Of a stretch of 64,000 nucleotides of DNA, positions 42,435-57,617 are shown one piece after another. The position numbers were made by a program, and so were the translations under genes. The first letter of the stretch is position 1, and every line of letters starts with the position of its first letter. The stretch lies in the NCBI RefSeq assembly GCF_009914755.1, contig NC_060947.1. The stretch is one strand, 5' to 3'. The notes under the pieces are model-generated. The model made no database searches, was not told the origin of the DNA, and saw only the letters and a list, made by a program, of their open reading frames with translations. The stretch comes from the human T2T-CHM13v2.0 reference genome, Homo sapiens.

Positions 42435-43075
42435 CGATGCCAGGCAATTCCACTGCTAGCCATTGCCCCAAGGACATGAATGTTCATAGCAGCATGGTTG
42501 ACCCAAGCCAGGTTCCTGTCAGCTGCTGCCTGGAAAAACACAACGTGGTTCAGCCACGCAGTAGCATAGTATTCAGCCATAAAAGGAGTGAAGCTCTGGA
42601 ACGTGCTACAACATGGATGCTCTGGGAAAACATGCTCAGTGAAAGAAGCCAGATGCAAGAGGTCACATATTGTATGATCTCATTTAGTGCCCCAAATAGG
42701 GAAATTCATACAGCCAGAAAGCATTCTGTGGTCACCAGGCCTGGGGGAGGAGGGAATGGGAGTGACTGCTTAGTGGGCACCAGAACTCCTTTCCAAGTGA
42801 TTGAAAATGGTTTGGAACTTGACATAGGTGGTGGTTGCATAACATCTGAACGTACCACTAAATTGTACACTTTAATTTGGCCAGGCTCAGTGGCTCACAC
42901 CTGTAATCCCAGCACTTTGGAAGGCTGAGGCAGGAGCATCACTTGAAGCCAGGAGTTCAAGACCAGCCTGGGCAACATATCAAGACCTCCATCTCTATAT
43001 TTAAAAAAAATAAGAATTTTTTTAAAAGAAAAATAATAAAATGGTTAATTTTATGTTGTTACTTTTATTCCAACT
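42435..43075 (+). mobile_element. L1MB 3' end, with FLAM nested at 42879-43010
   Basis: tattcagccataaaaggagtgaag...tgctacaacatggatg...aaacatgctcagtgaaagaagccaga...aaaatggttaattttatgtt. Confidence 0.85.
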
Positions 43076-43087
43076 GAAAACAAAGCA

Positions 43088-43090
<3 letters not shown>

Positions 43091-43132
<42 letters not shown>
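43091..43132. repeat. (CAA)14 microsatellite
   Basis: Direct read. Confidence 0.95.
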
Positions 43133-46100
43133 CCATGTATGGTCCAGGGGAATGTCTATGTTGGGCCTGAGGTGTGCTGTTCTGGTTTTTCTTAGGTGAA
43201 TGGGTTCTGAAGGCTGCATCAAAAGAGGAGTCTTTAAAGTTGCTAATTCTTTCCTGATAGGAAAAGAATATAATTTCTCAAAATGACTGCTTTCGAGGAA
43301 TGCCCCTTTCTGAATTTGAAAACATAGTATTAAAAAGAAGAGTCTCTCAGTGCTTTAGATTATTATTTCTTGTATTCGATGTAAAAATCCCTTACAGTGG
43401 TTTTACAAGTCTGCAGAGGAATTCACAAAGCACGATTGAAAAGTGATGTACAGGATTTATAGTTGAATGGGAACAAACCAGCTGATCTGCATATAGGATG
43501 AAATTTAGCTGAGGGTGCTATTGAGTTTGGACAACATTTGGCTGGACCTTTGTAACTCTTCAGCTCTATGAAACAATAGTTGTGTGAAGAATTAAAAGGT
43601 GGAAAATGAACTGTAGGTGGCTGGCTCACATATGCCTAGGTCTATTTCCAGACACAGCGAACAGTGAAATGACAGTGTCGGTGAGGCACCAGTTCAAGGA
43701 AATACACAAAGACTGCCTACTCATAAATACAGACACAATGGGGTGATAACTGGTGCTTGCACTTGGAGATCTAGAATTCTAAAACATCGGAAAACAATAG
43801 CAGACCATTCTGTGTCCTTTTCTTTAAAACTATCTCTTGAAATTTTCGTGCTTCCCCCAAGAACATCCTCAAAGATGCCAGTAAAAATAACTCCACAGGA
43901 ATCTTTCTGAATTCCAATATCCATGTGAAAAGGCTGCATTTTCTTCTGATTTTTCACAATAGAATTAAGGCAGACATGATGAAGAAATGAATGTGTAGAG
44001 GACTTCCGAAATCTGTATTAACGTGTGTGATCAGCAACTGTAATGTTTTGATTGATTATATATGGTACATCTTTCATTCATTAAGCTAACTTTAATCAAG
44101 TATGTGTTATGTGTCAAGCCTGGACTGTAGAAATGAACTTGAAGAAGAAAGGACTCTTCCTCCTGTTCGGGTAGAAAAGGTATAATGCGTGTTATGGATG
44201 GTGTGACCGAAGGAAACACCGGATACCATGAGGAAAATTGAGATCATCACCCAGGGATTCTGTATTCTACTTAGGGAATAGGCTAAACATCAAAATACAG
44301 CAATTTGAGACAAAGGCAGGCGGTAGTCCCAGAAGGGTAGGTGTCAAATCCCCAAGAGCATCGGCGGATCCAGGTTCCTGTTGTGTTACTATCCTGCCTT
44401 CCTAAGGGTCAGACAGGCTCTCAAGCAACCCCCATGACCACAAGTTGTGCACATCCTTTCCCAGCTCCTCTCACCTACCATTGGCAAGAACTCAGTAGTG
44501 GAACACCTGGGGTCTCTTAATGAGGTGTGCTTGTGTGACTAAAAGAAAAAGAAATTTTGGGGGAGGAGCAGGCTGGTGGATGTGCAGTTTCTAAATTATC
44601 TTGTATTTTATTTGATTACAGTGTTTGAATTCAGTGTTTTGAAGAAATGTATGTAGCACTGCAAGCTCTATTCTAACCTACTTTCTTTGGAGAAGCAGGT
44701 ACATGCTGTGTTGTGTCAGCTTAGAGAGCCCCTTCAAAACCTCTCCATGTTCAATGTGGAGGGACTGTCACTATACATGCATGGCACACCACACCAAGAA
44801 CAGAGGGCTACCAGAAAATTAGAATCCCTTTTATATTTGTCACATATCAGCATTTATTTAGCTGTAAAAATAAACAGCATATGGCATTTGTTAAAATCGT
44901 TTGTATTTCACACAAATATTTGGCAATATGTAAACTTTCTTGCCAGGGCTGTTTATTGTGGTTCTATTTGCATACTAATAATGGGGAAATCAGTAATGAC
45001 CAGGTGTTGGAAGGTCTGATTTCTCATTTAAATGTATTGTTTCTAGCAATAAACTAATTATTTTTGACATGTTTCATAACCAGAAGAATGTTATTAACCA
45101 AAGTCATAATTCCTATTTTTGTGTTGATCACACACAGATGATAAGTTAATTATACTTATTGAATTTAACAACATATATAAGAGATAATCTCAAATTTCAA
45201 GACTCTCATTTGTGGGTTACCATCTGTTTTGGACCAAAGAATAGGAATTTGATTGCAAGCTTTCTTCTGAACAGCTTGTAATAAGAGCTGTTTGTATATT
45301 AATTACTTATTGAATTATTGTGGATTTTAATGTTTTAATTTACAAGCAATTTGGAACTTATTGTGGTGACAGCTGCTCATATTTTGATACTTTATGGTAT
45401 TTAGCAATTTCATCATAAGGCTATTTTTTCCCCTGGTAATTTATAACCCAATCCTGAAAACAGTAATTTGGTCTCTCCAGCTCACTATAAGGAGTATTGT
45501 CCTGTTTCATCTCCACTGCAGATTTTTTTCATAGTTAAAAGTATATTTTATAAGCAAAATCAAGATTCCTTTGTGCCTGCTTCCCTGGTGCCCTTTCATT
45601 TCTATTCAGAGTTACAGATGAATTTAGTTTCACTCTCATTATTTTACTTCAGTGGTAGATTTTTTACAAATTGCCCTGGTTATTACTTTCATCTTGAATA
45701 TCCTTATGGTTTTTGTTTTCAATGTACTGTAATGCACTTTAGGGGCCTGTGAACCTGCTTGTAGGTTTTTTTTTAATCTCCTTCCTTTAAACAACATAAC
45801 TATAAACATGACTCAGTGGGAATAATTTGCTTGAATTTCCTTAAAACACTTGAGTTTCTATATAAACTCCCTAATAAGAAACACCTTCACTCATAGCTTC
45901 ACTTGTGGACTTCAATTATATTAAACCTGGTACCTTTTTATTATCACTGAAGACTATTAAATAAGAATTTAGAGAAAATGGTGGACATTTAATTTCCTTA
46001 GTTCTTGAATTCGTAGATGATAGAGGATAATTGATACTCTCTAGGAGGCAGGAATCATTCACAACCAAAGAAATTTTATAAGGTAAATATCATTAGGTAA

Positions 46101-46878
46101 ATGGTTTACTGATTAGTGTTTATAGTGACTGAGAAATAAAAACAATTTTTGATATAAAGGATTATCATTTTATGAGCCATAAACCTGGCTTCCTCATAAA
46201 TCAGTGCAAATGGAACACTTGTGAAACAGAAATGTCTGAAGAGTAAATGAAAAGTTGAGACGTTAGTGGGTGCCTTTGGTTTTCTTGATTTTAGAGGAGC
46301 CGGAGGAGAAAGGATTCTGACCCGTTTGTGTGTTTTTATGAGCACAGTACATGAGGATGCATATATGCACACAAATGTGCCTGGTAGAGTTATTGGAAAG
46401 CTAGCCCAAGCGATGGGGAATGTTTAGCTAAAGCGTGTTGTCTTCTCCCGAGGGTGTGCACAGGTTCATGTATCAGCTGAATAAGGCCCTGTTCCAAAAA
46501 CTGATATTTCAAGGGAACCTTAATTTATCTTTAAATTTAATGTAATTTAAAATTAATTTAAATCTTTAAATTATCTTTAAATAATAGCAGTAGCAATAGC
46601 TGAGCTAACATTAATTTTATCTATTTTGAGACTCTTTTATTTCAGAACTTCTACATGCATAATGCCTGACCGGCCACTTTTAATTTCTCCTTTCTTTCAC
46701 TTTGCAAACAAAACCTTACAATCTGTGCTATGGACTAAGACAGAAATTAAGAACCAATAAAATGTGTTAAGTTTTAATTAGGAAGAAGAAAAAACCTAAA
46801 GGAACGGGATGGTTGAGAGGTAAACACACCCCAATGATTTTTAAGTCTTTTGTTTCAAACCTTTCCCTTTCTCCCTAG

Positions 46879-46966
46879 GCTGGTCCCTGCAGACGGCTTC
46901 CCATTTTTATGACCGGATGCTGGGAAGCCTGCTGGTCCACAGGTCCATACATGAAGTCACCATAAG
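46879..46966 (+). other. TBL1X: TBL1X non-coding 5'UTR exon (88 nt)
   Basis: Strong acceptor ctttccctttctccctag|G and donor AAG|gtaagc in non-repetitive sequence. Length fits the recalled c.-130 to c.-43 exon. Confidence 0.85.
46909..46965 (+). promoter_or_regulatory. uORF1 (18 aa, MTGCWEACWSTGPYMKSP*) inside 5'UTR exon
   Basis: ATG 46909 to TAA 46963-46965, read directly; translation not demonstrated. Confidence 0.6.
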
Positions 46967-47208
46967 GTAAGCAGCCCAGCATGCCATTGGATCCTTGCCC
47001 TTGTACCTGAAATCCGTTTGAGGAGCAGAACTGCATTTTCCCAAAATGGAACCCCTTCTGTTTTAAATGATGTTGTCAGGGGAAGTGCCCGGTCTTTCTC
47101 CTTACTGAAGGTTGAAGGTAGTAGACAGACAATCATTAAATCATTGCGAGCTGCATAGTCAATTCCAAATGAGAAATTTGCCTTTTTACTGACTTCTGAG
47201 AATTTTGG

Positions 47209-47543
<335 letters not shown>

Positions 47544-48324
47544 TGAGAATTTTGGATCCTGAAGGAGCTATAACAAATTTTTCTGGGTCTTACCAGGCGA
47601 GGATGACACCTTCTAAAATCAACCTCTCTTGTCAACATTATCAATTACAATTATGCAGACAAGTTAATTATAATTGGGTGCATGAGTATAGATTTTATTT
47701 GGCTCCTATATCTTAATTCTATGCTTTATCAGTTTCTTAATATGATTTGTGTCTGTCTCCAAATTGATTTGCTAGTTAACTTTGAAACTTATTAGAAAAT
47801 CATGGAGATTACTATGTGTAAATCTGGTGAGATGCTAAGGTTTCCTGACTAGCACACCAAACAATTGTATGTGCACAGGTGTCAAGAGTTGAGAAGCCCG
47901 TAGCCCAAACTAAAACTGAGACCCATGCCCCAAAAGTTCTGTAAAAGTTATCTTACTACCTTTCGGTACGTGTGATTTTAATTTCATTTTACTTAATTGT
48001 TATTTAATTTTCTGTTTCTTTCTCTAATGCCTTTTTAGTTAAAAAAACAAACAAACAAACCTGTAGAACTTGGGCAGTTTTAAAGTGTAAAGATAGAATT
48101 TTGAGGAAGCTTTTTGATTTACTATTTTAAGAGAACCAACTAGAACTAAAATGATAGACTTAAATTTAATTAAAATAAGCAGCTTACTGTTTGAGGTACT
48201 TTTGTTTAAAGCCAGACATATGCATATGTAGGTTGTTTTAACAAGTTAAATATGTATAAGTATTTTAATGAAAGGTGTAGTCTGTTTATAAAAACAAAAT
48301 TTGTAATGTATTAGTGAATTTGAA

Positions 48325-48660
48325 TTTTCTGACTGGCTTTTTCACTCAGTATAATGTTTTCAAGGTTCGTGTGCATTGTGGCATGTGTCATTTCTTTTTA
48401 TGTCAGAATATTCCATTGTGTGGCTAGACCATGGATAGAACATATTTGATTCATGCATCAGTTGATGGAAATTGGAGTTGTATTTCCCTTTTGGTTATTA
48501 TTAAAAATGATGTCATGAACACACATATACAAGTTTTTTTGTGTGGACATATGTTTCATTTCTCTGTGGCATTTACTTAGGAGTGGGTCATATGGTACCT
48601 CTGTTGAACATTTTGAGGAACTGAATTTTTCCAAAGTGGCTGTTACACCAGTCAATATTT
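48325..48660 (-). mobile_element. L1M 3' fragment
   Basis: ctggctttttcactcagtataatgttttcaaggttc...atattccattgtgtgg...gtggacatatgtttcatttctct. Confidence 0.75.
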
Positions 48661-49290
48661 TTCGAAATGCCATTGAACCATATTTTAAATGTCAGAGGGA
48701 AGCAGGGAGGGGATCTTTCTCTTATCAATGTTTTGAGTGGGTATTAGTTCAGTACTTTGGGAACATAAGCTTCAATTTCATTGAATCCAGCACACATTGG
48801 ATTTCTCCTCTGCGTGAGGTATCTGTGTTTGGCTTTATACCTCAGTCATTTATACATGACTGAGTGTTTTTGTAGCCTTTGATAACTTGTATGGTTTATA
48901 CATGCAGATAGTCATTTGGCATTATCCTCAAAAATGGTACTCTATTGCTGTAGTTCATTAGTAAGGTTGGGAATAACCTACATAACATACTCTTTCCGCC
49001 TATGCTGCGTGCTGCATCTCAGAAAGTGAGGGCTTCTAACGGTTTCCTTGAGGTGTGTGTGGTTTCAACACATGTCCTCCTTTCAAAGGCATCCATCGCA
49101 GACCCTGGTGATAGTGTTTTTTGTATCTCAGTCTTAAAGGGGTTGGTATGGTTATGAGGAATGTTCACATTCAGGGGCGTTCACTGTTGAAGTTCTCAGG
49201 CAGGAAGATTCCAAGCCGAGAAGGGACTAGGCAGTCCGTTCTCGGATGTAGAGGTGGGAAAATCTGTGGTAGAGCAGGAAGGACTGAGAG

Positions 49291-49492
49291 CAGGCTCAGC
49301 AAGCATGTTCTGTGATGGGCCCGATAGTTAGGGGCTTAGGCTTCGCGGGCCAGGCGGTCTGTGCGGCAGCTGCTGTACTCTGCCATTGCAGTGTGAAAGC
49401 AGTGTAGGCCCTACAGAAATGTATGAACATGGCTGAGTGCCAAGAAAACCCTATTTATAGACACTGATACTGGGTTGCAGTTTGCTGACCCT
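49291..49492. mobile_element. MER58A
   Basis: caggctcagcaa...ctctgccattgcagtgtgaaagcag...gcagtttgctgaccc. Confidence 0.75.
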
Positions 49493-49741
49493 AACCTAGA
49501 GGAACACAACTGTTTTCTTTCCACCTTTTCTAATTGTGGCCTTTTGAGTTGGAGGCCACCTGGAGGTGAGGCTCCGAGAGGCCCACCCAAGGGCCATGAT
49601 GTGATGAAGACAGACTCTAAATTGTGATTACGTAGCGAAGGCACTGCAGATATTTGGGGGTCAGGACTTTTACGTAAGGAATTTGAGGGCCTTTCTGCCA
49701 CATAAGAGGGAGTGGCTCTGGGCCTGTGTAACTACCCTAAC

Positions 49742-49942
49742 TTGGGTTCTCACCCTGGGGGAGTCTCCACCCCCAAGATAACCTGGGAATGTGTGGAGAC
49801 ATGTCTGGTTGTCACCACTGGGGGAGTGGGTGCTACTGGCATCTAGTGGGTAGAGGCCCGGGATGCTGTCAAATGTCCCGCAGTTCACAGGACATCCTCC
49901 CCAACCCCTAAATGTCAAACGTGAGGAGATTGAGGAGTCCTG
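49742..49942 (+). mobile_element. MER20
   Basis: ggttgtcaccactggggg...gtgctactggcatctagtgggtagaggcccgggatgctg. Confidence 0.88.
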
Positions 49943-50174
49943 CTCACCGCTGCTTCTGTCAGCCCTTTATTTTGTACTTGTTGTCAGTCATATGGCTGTG
50001 GAATTATAGGCTATGGGGCATTAAATTACAAAATTTAGTACCTGTGTTTGCTGACATAAATGTAAGGATGGTTGGACTCTGATCTAATATTTGGGTTCAT
50101 GATGCTTTTAGTTTTTTCCTTTTTTAAAAACGTCTTTGTCATTCATTTAAATATAAGCCTCCAAAATTGATATA

Positions 50175-50481
50175 GGCCAGGCACGGTGGCTCACACTTTG
50201 TACTCCCTGCACTTTAGAAGGCCAAAGCAGGAGGATCACTTGAGGCCGGAAGTTTGAGACCATCCTGGGCAACATAGTGACACCCCCATCTTTACAAAAA
50301 AAGTAAAAACATAATAATTAGCCAGAGGTGGTAACACATACCTGTAGTCCCAACTGCTCAAGAGGTTGAGGCAGGAGAATCACTTGGGCCTGGGAGGTTG
50401 AGCCTTCAGCAGGCTATGATTGCACCACTGCACTCCAGCCTGGGCAACACAGTGAGACCCTGTCACTAAAACAAAACAAAA
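50175..50481 (+). mobile_element. AluJ
   Basis: Diverged full dimer. Confidence 0.92.
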
Positions 50482-51248
50482 TGCTGATATAACACTAAGA
50501 TTTATATGAGATCCAGGCCACATTGGGGGATGGGGCACCGCCTGCCTTTCGAACTGTAGGGTACGCTTCAGAGTTTATTTTTCACAACTTCACAGGCCAC
50601 ATCATATGTGTAGGTGAACCCACTGCTGACTCCATCTACTGCCAGAAAGAGACTCATCATGGTCAAATTAAATTCTTCATATGTCAGTGAAAAATCAGTG
50701 TCTTAGAGATATCATGACCAGAGTGCATGTATTCCTGAAATTTGTTTGAAGGCCCGGTGCACATTGTGTAGAAACTGTGTTCAGTCTATCTAAAAGATAA
50801 TTAAAATCCATAAATTAATTTCTGGCTGGAAAATAGGTCATAATGGATCTGGATATCAGAAGTGCTAGGTTAAAGACCACGGTCATCAGGAAAATAGGAT
50901 GAGCTCCTGCTCCATGGAAGCAGTAGCGTCAGTGCCTTCCAAGGCAGTCTGCTCTGAAATCTTGGGCACGTGCATCTGTGTTGAACTGTGGCCAGAGGAG
51001 GAGAGGATGAAAGGGAGGCAGTGCTCTTTTTCTTACATGCATTGTCCGGCTCATGTGATGTGGGTTTCCCTGGTAGTGGCTTGCTCTTGCTAGGTGGAGC
51101 ATTTTCAAGAGGGCTTCCTTCCTGTCACCATAGCATCTGCCGTTGACGTGCATGTGGGCTTTGGATGAAAGCCCCAGCCAGCCACTAATTAACCCAGAAG
51201 GGTGGCAGGGCACAGAAAGGACCTTTTCTGAATGCCTCATCATGGGGA

Positions 51249-51280
<32 letters not shown>

Positions 51281-51562
51281 AGATGGAGGCTCGCTCTGTC
51301 ATCCTGGCTGCAGTGCAGTGGCACAATCTTGGGTCGCTGCAACCTCCATTTCCCAGGTTCAAGTGATTCTCCTGCTTCAGCCTCCTGAGTAGCTGGGATT
51401 ACAGGCGTGCGCCACAACGCCCAGTTAATTTTTTTGTATTTTTAGTAGACATGGGGTTTTGCTATGTTGGCCAGTCTGGTCTCAAACTCCTGGCCTCAAG
51501 TAATCAGCCCGCCTCAGCCTCCCAAAGTGCTGGGATTAACAGGCGTGAGCCACCATGTCCCG
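51249..51562 (-). mobile_element. AluS
   Basis: Full dimer reverse complement. Confidence 0.93.
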
Positions 51563-51572
51563 TCAGGGATGA

Positions 51573-51994
<422 letters not shown>

Positions 51995-54900
51995 TAGTCC
52001 ATGTTCAGAGTAGAAACTATACAACGTGTAGAAAGATACACATGCAATTGGGAGCCGTGCTTTTCCCACACAGTCCCCTGTCATGGACATTGCCCCTGCC
52101 TGAAATGCTGTTTTCCTGGCCGCATCTTATGCCACTAGTTTATTCCATATTTAAATGGAGGCGTCACTGCTCGGCATTGGAACTCTAGTAACGAAGAAAT
52201 AATTCTTTGATTATATTTACCATTTCAGACCATTGACTCCAAGTAAATAAATATAACCGTAAAACTAATGGGAAATTTTTTACTTTGCGGGGAATATTTT
52301 CTTACTGAAAGTATTTTATATCTGATTGTGGGTAAATGGAGAGAAGTGTATGAAAGAAAGCAAGCAACATAAAATATTTTTATGCATTTCTCCCCAAACT
52401 TTTCCTCTGTATGTGTTTTCCTACAGGTTTGGGTCAAACTGTAACCTTGTTGGCCCTCTTTTCTGTTTTGTTGTCGCCCCCTGCCACCCAATTTGGGACA
52501 TATCATAAATATCTTTCCATTAACCTAGCTTTGAAATTTTTAACTTGCACTGGAAGACCACAGCGTTTAATGTCAAACAACGTAACTTTAAATCCTAGCT
52601 TCGCTGGGATTTAAGTTGGTTATCTTCCCTAAGCCTTTATTTGTTAAACCTATAAAATGGTAATAAGAGTAATGGTCATATTTATCTCTTGGAGTTATGA
52701 CTGGTGAGATCGATCGTATCGTGCACATAGCACTCACACCTGATAGCTAGCATACAATCCATGCCGTGTATTGGTTTCTAAAATCATCTTCATGGCGGCC
52801 TGATAGTTCCCATATGTGTTCACTGCAATTTATTTCATCGTGCTGTCACTGGCCAATGAGATTGTTTCGAGAACCACACATTGTCTTCTTTACAATTACA
52901 TAGGATGAAAAGATGTGCAAAGTGGTAAAACAAGCCTGTGTCAGCCCCCAAATAAGCTGCTCCCCAGGCAGATGTTAGAAAAGGTGTATTGGGATTTATA
53001 TGTAAACTTTATACATACATTTAAAATTCTGTCTTAAGCTGGTTACTGATTGTGAAATGAAAATAAACTCAGTTTACATCTGAGCAGAGAAAAGAGCCGC
53101 TGCCTCCAAATGGGCAGAGTTTGCTCGTTTCCATGAAGCAACTTGGAGAAAGAGGTGCCCTTTAGAGGCTGAGGTCAGTTCAAGCAGATCTTCCAGTGAC
53201 CCTGGCTCGGTCCAGTCTGCATGGAGACAAGCCCCAAAGACCTGAGCCTTGTCCAGGCCATCCCTCCAAGCAATGGATTCTTCCAGCACAGACGCCAACA
53301 GCCTAACTAATAGCAGCCTAACTAATGACACTCACTTTCTCAGGTGCCTTCAGAAACCAAGGGCTGCTTTAGAAGATCTTTAAGATGTTTACATAACAGG
53401 GCAAATGGCTGAAAGATAAAGCTTCCCCTCCAGTGATGTCAGAGGAGCTCTGTGCGCTGCCCTTCCTACAATACACGCCCCCTTCATCAGCTCGTGCTTC
53501 CTTCGCTGTTTCAGAACACGGCTGGCCTCTTGGCAAGAAACGAACTTGCCCTTTCTGTCCTTAACTACCAGCACCAGCTCTCCAGCAGGCCCCATGTGAT
53601 TCTACTTTTTAAGATAATTAAAACAGCAATTAAGATTTTGTTTGGGGCCAGTGTTCTCCCACAGAATGATGGCATATTGAGTGCTCTAACTACATACTCA
53701 ATGAAATGAAACTCTTAAACAGCCATTTCTCCTGGGACCGAATGCTGAACTGTTTTGTGAAGGGAACTGCGAATTAATAGGACTTTTGGCCACCTTGAAA
53801 CCAAGGCTTAAAAAAAAATACTATAAATAATCTCCCCTTCAGCTTCTTGACGGCTCTAAACCCCAAATTATCACTTATATTGAATTACTTATCTTTAGCA
53901 GAGAAACTTCAAAAATGCCATCAGCCCATGCTCGTTTGTTCTTCTTTGCCTTCTTTAAGCAGCACAGTGAGAGAATGTTGTGGCTTTAACCCAAAGTGGA
54001 AGGTGGTTATTTCGTTTTTGCGCAATCACAACTCCAAACACCTCAAATCAACCTAATTGAAGGTGTCTTTAATCAAAGCTGGGTCAGGCAAGAAAATAAA
54101 CACAGTTGCTCTAATTAAGACTCCCCTCTCATCCCCCTCCTGTTTGGGGCCAAGGAGGAGCTGTGAGTGCTGCCAAAACTCTCCTTTATTTTAGAACTGG
54201 AGAAATTGGAAAACATCCACAGGAGTTCTCAGAACTCGAAGGCTGGAAGCGGATGCTGTTCGGGAAACCGGTTAGGTGTTAGAATGCGGCTTGTGTCTCC
54301 AGCTGTACATACTAGAAAAGAATGCCCAAACACAGGCCTCTGGTGGTAGTTCTTTTTGGTTGGGCTTTATGTGTGCCACCTTGCCTGCTTGACATTGCTG
54401 ATGAGCCAGGACGAGGAGTCGAGCCCTGAGTGGTCATGGGCGAGGCAGGTGTGTGTTTCCCTGATCCTCTCCTACTGACCTTTCAGGTCTCTCTTGGGGA
54501 ATTGCTGGAGGAGCTAAAATACCAGCTCCCACATACTGGATATTTTCTGTGCATCGGGCTCTGCATAAAAGCATTGACTCCTCACACTCTCCCCTTTACA
54601 TAGGGGCTATTTGATACTCAGTTTAGAGATAAGGAAACAGCCATATAACTGACCCTCCAATCCCAGGGCTAGATAGTGGTGCAGCTGCCCCTAGAAGTCA
54701 GGGTCTCTGGCGCTTGGCCAAAGGCTCCCTGAATCCCACATCTTTACCTGTTCTCTGTGGCTCTCAGGACGTGAGCTACCTTATCTCTAGCCAATAAGCC
54801 TATACGGATGGGGACTCTCACCCTGATTTACCCTAACTTTATTGTAATAAAGTCATAACTGTCATAAGAAGTAATAGTTGCAATAAAAAGTAGTAATTGT

Positions 54901-56389
54901 AATAAAGCATGAACATTCCAAACTCCATGTTATTTGTCCACAAAAATAGTTCTTGGCACAGAAGACAAAGGCGGACTTTTTCCCACAGAATACATAGCTG
55001 TCGATGGCACTTTGCTTTGAACCTTGGTGTAGAGGGCAGTCCTCATGCCCTGGGCTGAGGGGTGCATGTGACACATCATTAAAAGTCAAAAATCATTTTC
55101 ATAGAGCAGGTCCTCCCCACATGTACACCCAGAGCTCCTGTGCTTCTCTCCTCTTTCTCTGACTTCTTCCAAAATCGTGGGTCTTGTCTCCATCAGTCAA
55201 GAATTTAACTTTTCTTCCAAAACATCCCCCTCCTCTTCTGTGAAGGAAGGTGCTTGTGGACTGGCCTTAGGAAATGTCGCCCAGACAGGAACGGCACACC
55301 AGTGTGCCATCACTCAAGCCAGAAATGAGGTTTGCAGTGACCTTCTCTGTGCTTGAGAGTTCTGCTACACTACGAATACCACTATAATAACAGCACATTT
55401 ATTTGTGGGAAATTAAACAGCAAAGCCCTGGGTGGGAGATCCATAATTTACCATCTTCCTGTGAAATTTAGTTCTGGTCTTAGAAAAAAGAGGAGGAGGA
55501 GGAATTTTTATTCCCAGCCTTGTGTGTGGTGAGGTTTGTCTGGAACAGTGGTTCTTGCAGAGGAATACTGGCCAGGAGACTCACTTGAGTCAAAAAACTG
55601 AAGAAGATCCATGAAAACAACCACCACCTTCAAGTGAGCCACTTAGAGATAAGCGCAGCTAAACGCCGGGACACCCAGCTGATGGATGGTTTCTCTTGAT
55701 TTTGGTGTGATGAAGCCCACAGAGCTGAAGGGCATTAAATACAGCTGTTAGGGTTAGGAGTCCATTCAGAGAATATTCTCATGCTTGTATCTAATAATCT
55801 AAGAATATATATGTAGATTCTACAATTTTTAGAATTAGGTTTTAAAAGAAAAATAATCATTTAAAAGCTAGCAAAGTAAGTGTTTGTTGGGGGAGAAAAG
55901 TTTGATCCAAATATTAAATCAGTCTTAAAAAATTAAAATATGTACTTGAGATGGAGCAGTCAGTCTTACCAAACATTACATCCTGGCTCGATTGCAGGCC
56001 ATGGATAGTTTTTGTTTTGTTTTCTCTTCTGCTTAGAAATCAAAACCCTTTAGAAAGTTAACAATGTATTGGGGAAAGCATTCCAATCCTTGGACCCTAA
56101 CTTATACATTTAAAAACAATGAATCTGTGATCAGAAAGCAGAAAGCCAGAGCTGAAGCAGAAGTTTTTCTAGTTGGAAGAAAGAAAGATGCATAATGCAA
56201 ATTAGAGGAACAGATAATTAAAAATGGCCCGTAATCCCCATCTCCTCAGGATCTTATATTCTCATTCTCCATAGTTCTATATAAACACATGCAGAGACAC
56301 CTGTATTTATCACAGATGCTCCTGGGGTGGGGAATATTAACCAGGCTGTGTATACAGGTGTTTCATCTCCACGAATCAGAGTATCTGCT

Positions 56390-56695
56390 CTTATTTTGAG
56401 GCAAGATCTCACTCTGTCACCCAAGATCTCACTCCACTCACTGGAGTGCAGTGGCATAATCATGGCTCACTGCAGCCTCAGCCTCCTGGGCTCAAGCAAA
56501 CCTCTTGCCTTAGCCTCCTGAGTAGCTAAGACCACAGGCATGTGCTACCATACTTTGCTAATTTTTAAAATTTTTTTGTAGAGAGGGCATCTCCCTATGT
56601 TGCCAAGGCTGGCCTCTAACTCCTAAGCTGAAGCAATCCTCCCATCTCAGCCTCTTAGAGTGCTGGGATTACAGGCATGAGCCATTGCGCCCAGC
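56390..56695 (-). mobile_element. AluJ with short internal duplication (aagatctcactc x2)
   Basis: Direct read. Confidence 0.9.
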
Positions 56696-56808
56696 TGGTA
56701 CCTTTTCAGTGGTCAGGTCACCAAGCAGCGTCTGAGCCTGCACCAGTTGCCTTACTTTATAAATGGAGTTCATTTCAAACACAAAATGCTTATTTTCCCT
56801 CTAAAGAG

Positions 56809-56945
56809 CAATGGTTCTCGGCCAGCTGCAGTTTTGCAATGTGGGACATTTGGCAATGTGTGCAGGCATTTTTGGTTGTCACCACTGCAAGGAGGTTGGG
56901 GGAGTCCAAGGATGCTGCAGAACATCGTGCTGTGCCTGGAACAGG
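56809..56945 (+). mobile_element. MER20 partial
   Basis: caatggttctc...gggacatttggcaatgtgtgcaggcatttttggttgtcaccactg...ggatgctgcagaacatc. Confidence 0.8.
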
Positions 56946-57617
56946 CTTGCTTTTTTTTTTCCCCCAGAGTAAAAGAGGAAAGGAGCTAGGCATGGCAAAC
57001 AAGAAGGGCAGCTGGGAAGCTGGGGTGTTTGCCAGGTCCTGCCAGACATAGTTTCCTCTCTGTGCCTCAGTTTCCTCATCTGTAACATGCAGAGATGAGA
57101 TGCCCTCCAAGATTGGTCCTTTCCAGCTGCCCTCACTGGGAGGGGGCACCGTGCCCTGCCTCCCAGGCTGACTCGTCCTTTGTAATTCTCTTCCTTTCCA
57201 CGGGACTCCAGATTCATGCCGGTCCCACTAGCCCTGTTGCCCTGTTCCTAAGCCTGTCCAGAAATCCTTGGGACTAAGTGAGGCTGAAGCTATAGCGCTC
57301 TGCTCTTCCTACCTTTTTAAGAGGTCTTACATTGTAAAACTTCAATTTTTCAAACACTCACTGGCTCACAGAAGAAAATAAAATAAAAAGCTGCAATTGT
57401 GAAAATGTAATTGCTCAACTTTAGCTCATGCTCCAGATCAGTGATTTTCTCTTTTAGCCAAACTTCTTTATAATTATTTCCTTTATTTTTATAATAGATT
57501 CTTCAAAATTAATTTCAAAATTCCTTATCTACCGTCTTTCACAAATGTATGTATAGCCTAGAGAATTTTGGTAATAATTTTGTGATACATTTATATTGGG
57601 ATTTGTAGCTGCCAGCC

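Noticed and set aside
43400-43960. Non-repetitive stretch with two short minus-strand ORFs, possible processed pseudogene
   Set aside because: No recognisable protein similarity, poly(A) tail or TSD.
55578-55592. AP-1 motif TGAGTCA here and about seven others in the window
   Set aside because: The count is about what chance predicts for a 7-mer on two strands of 64 kb.
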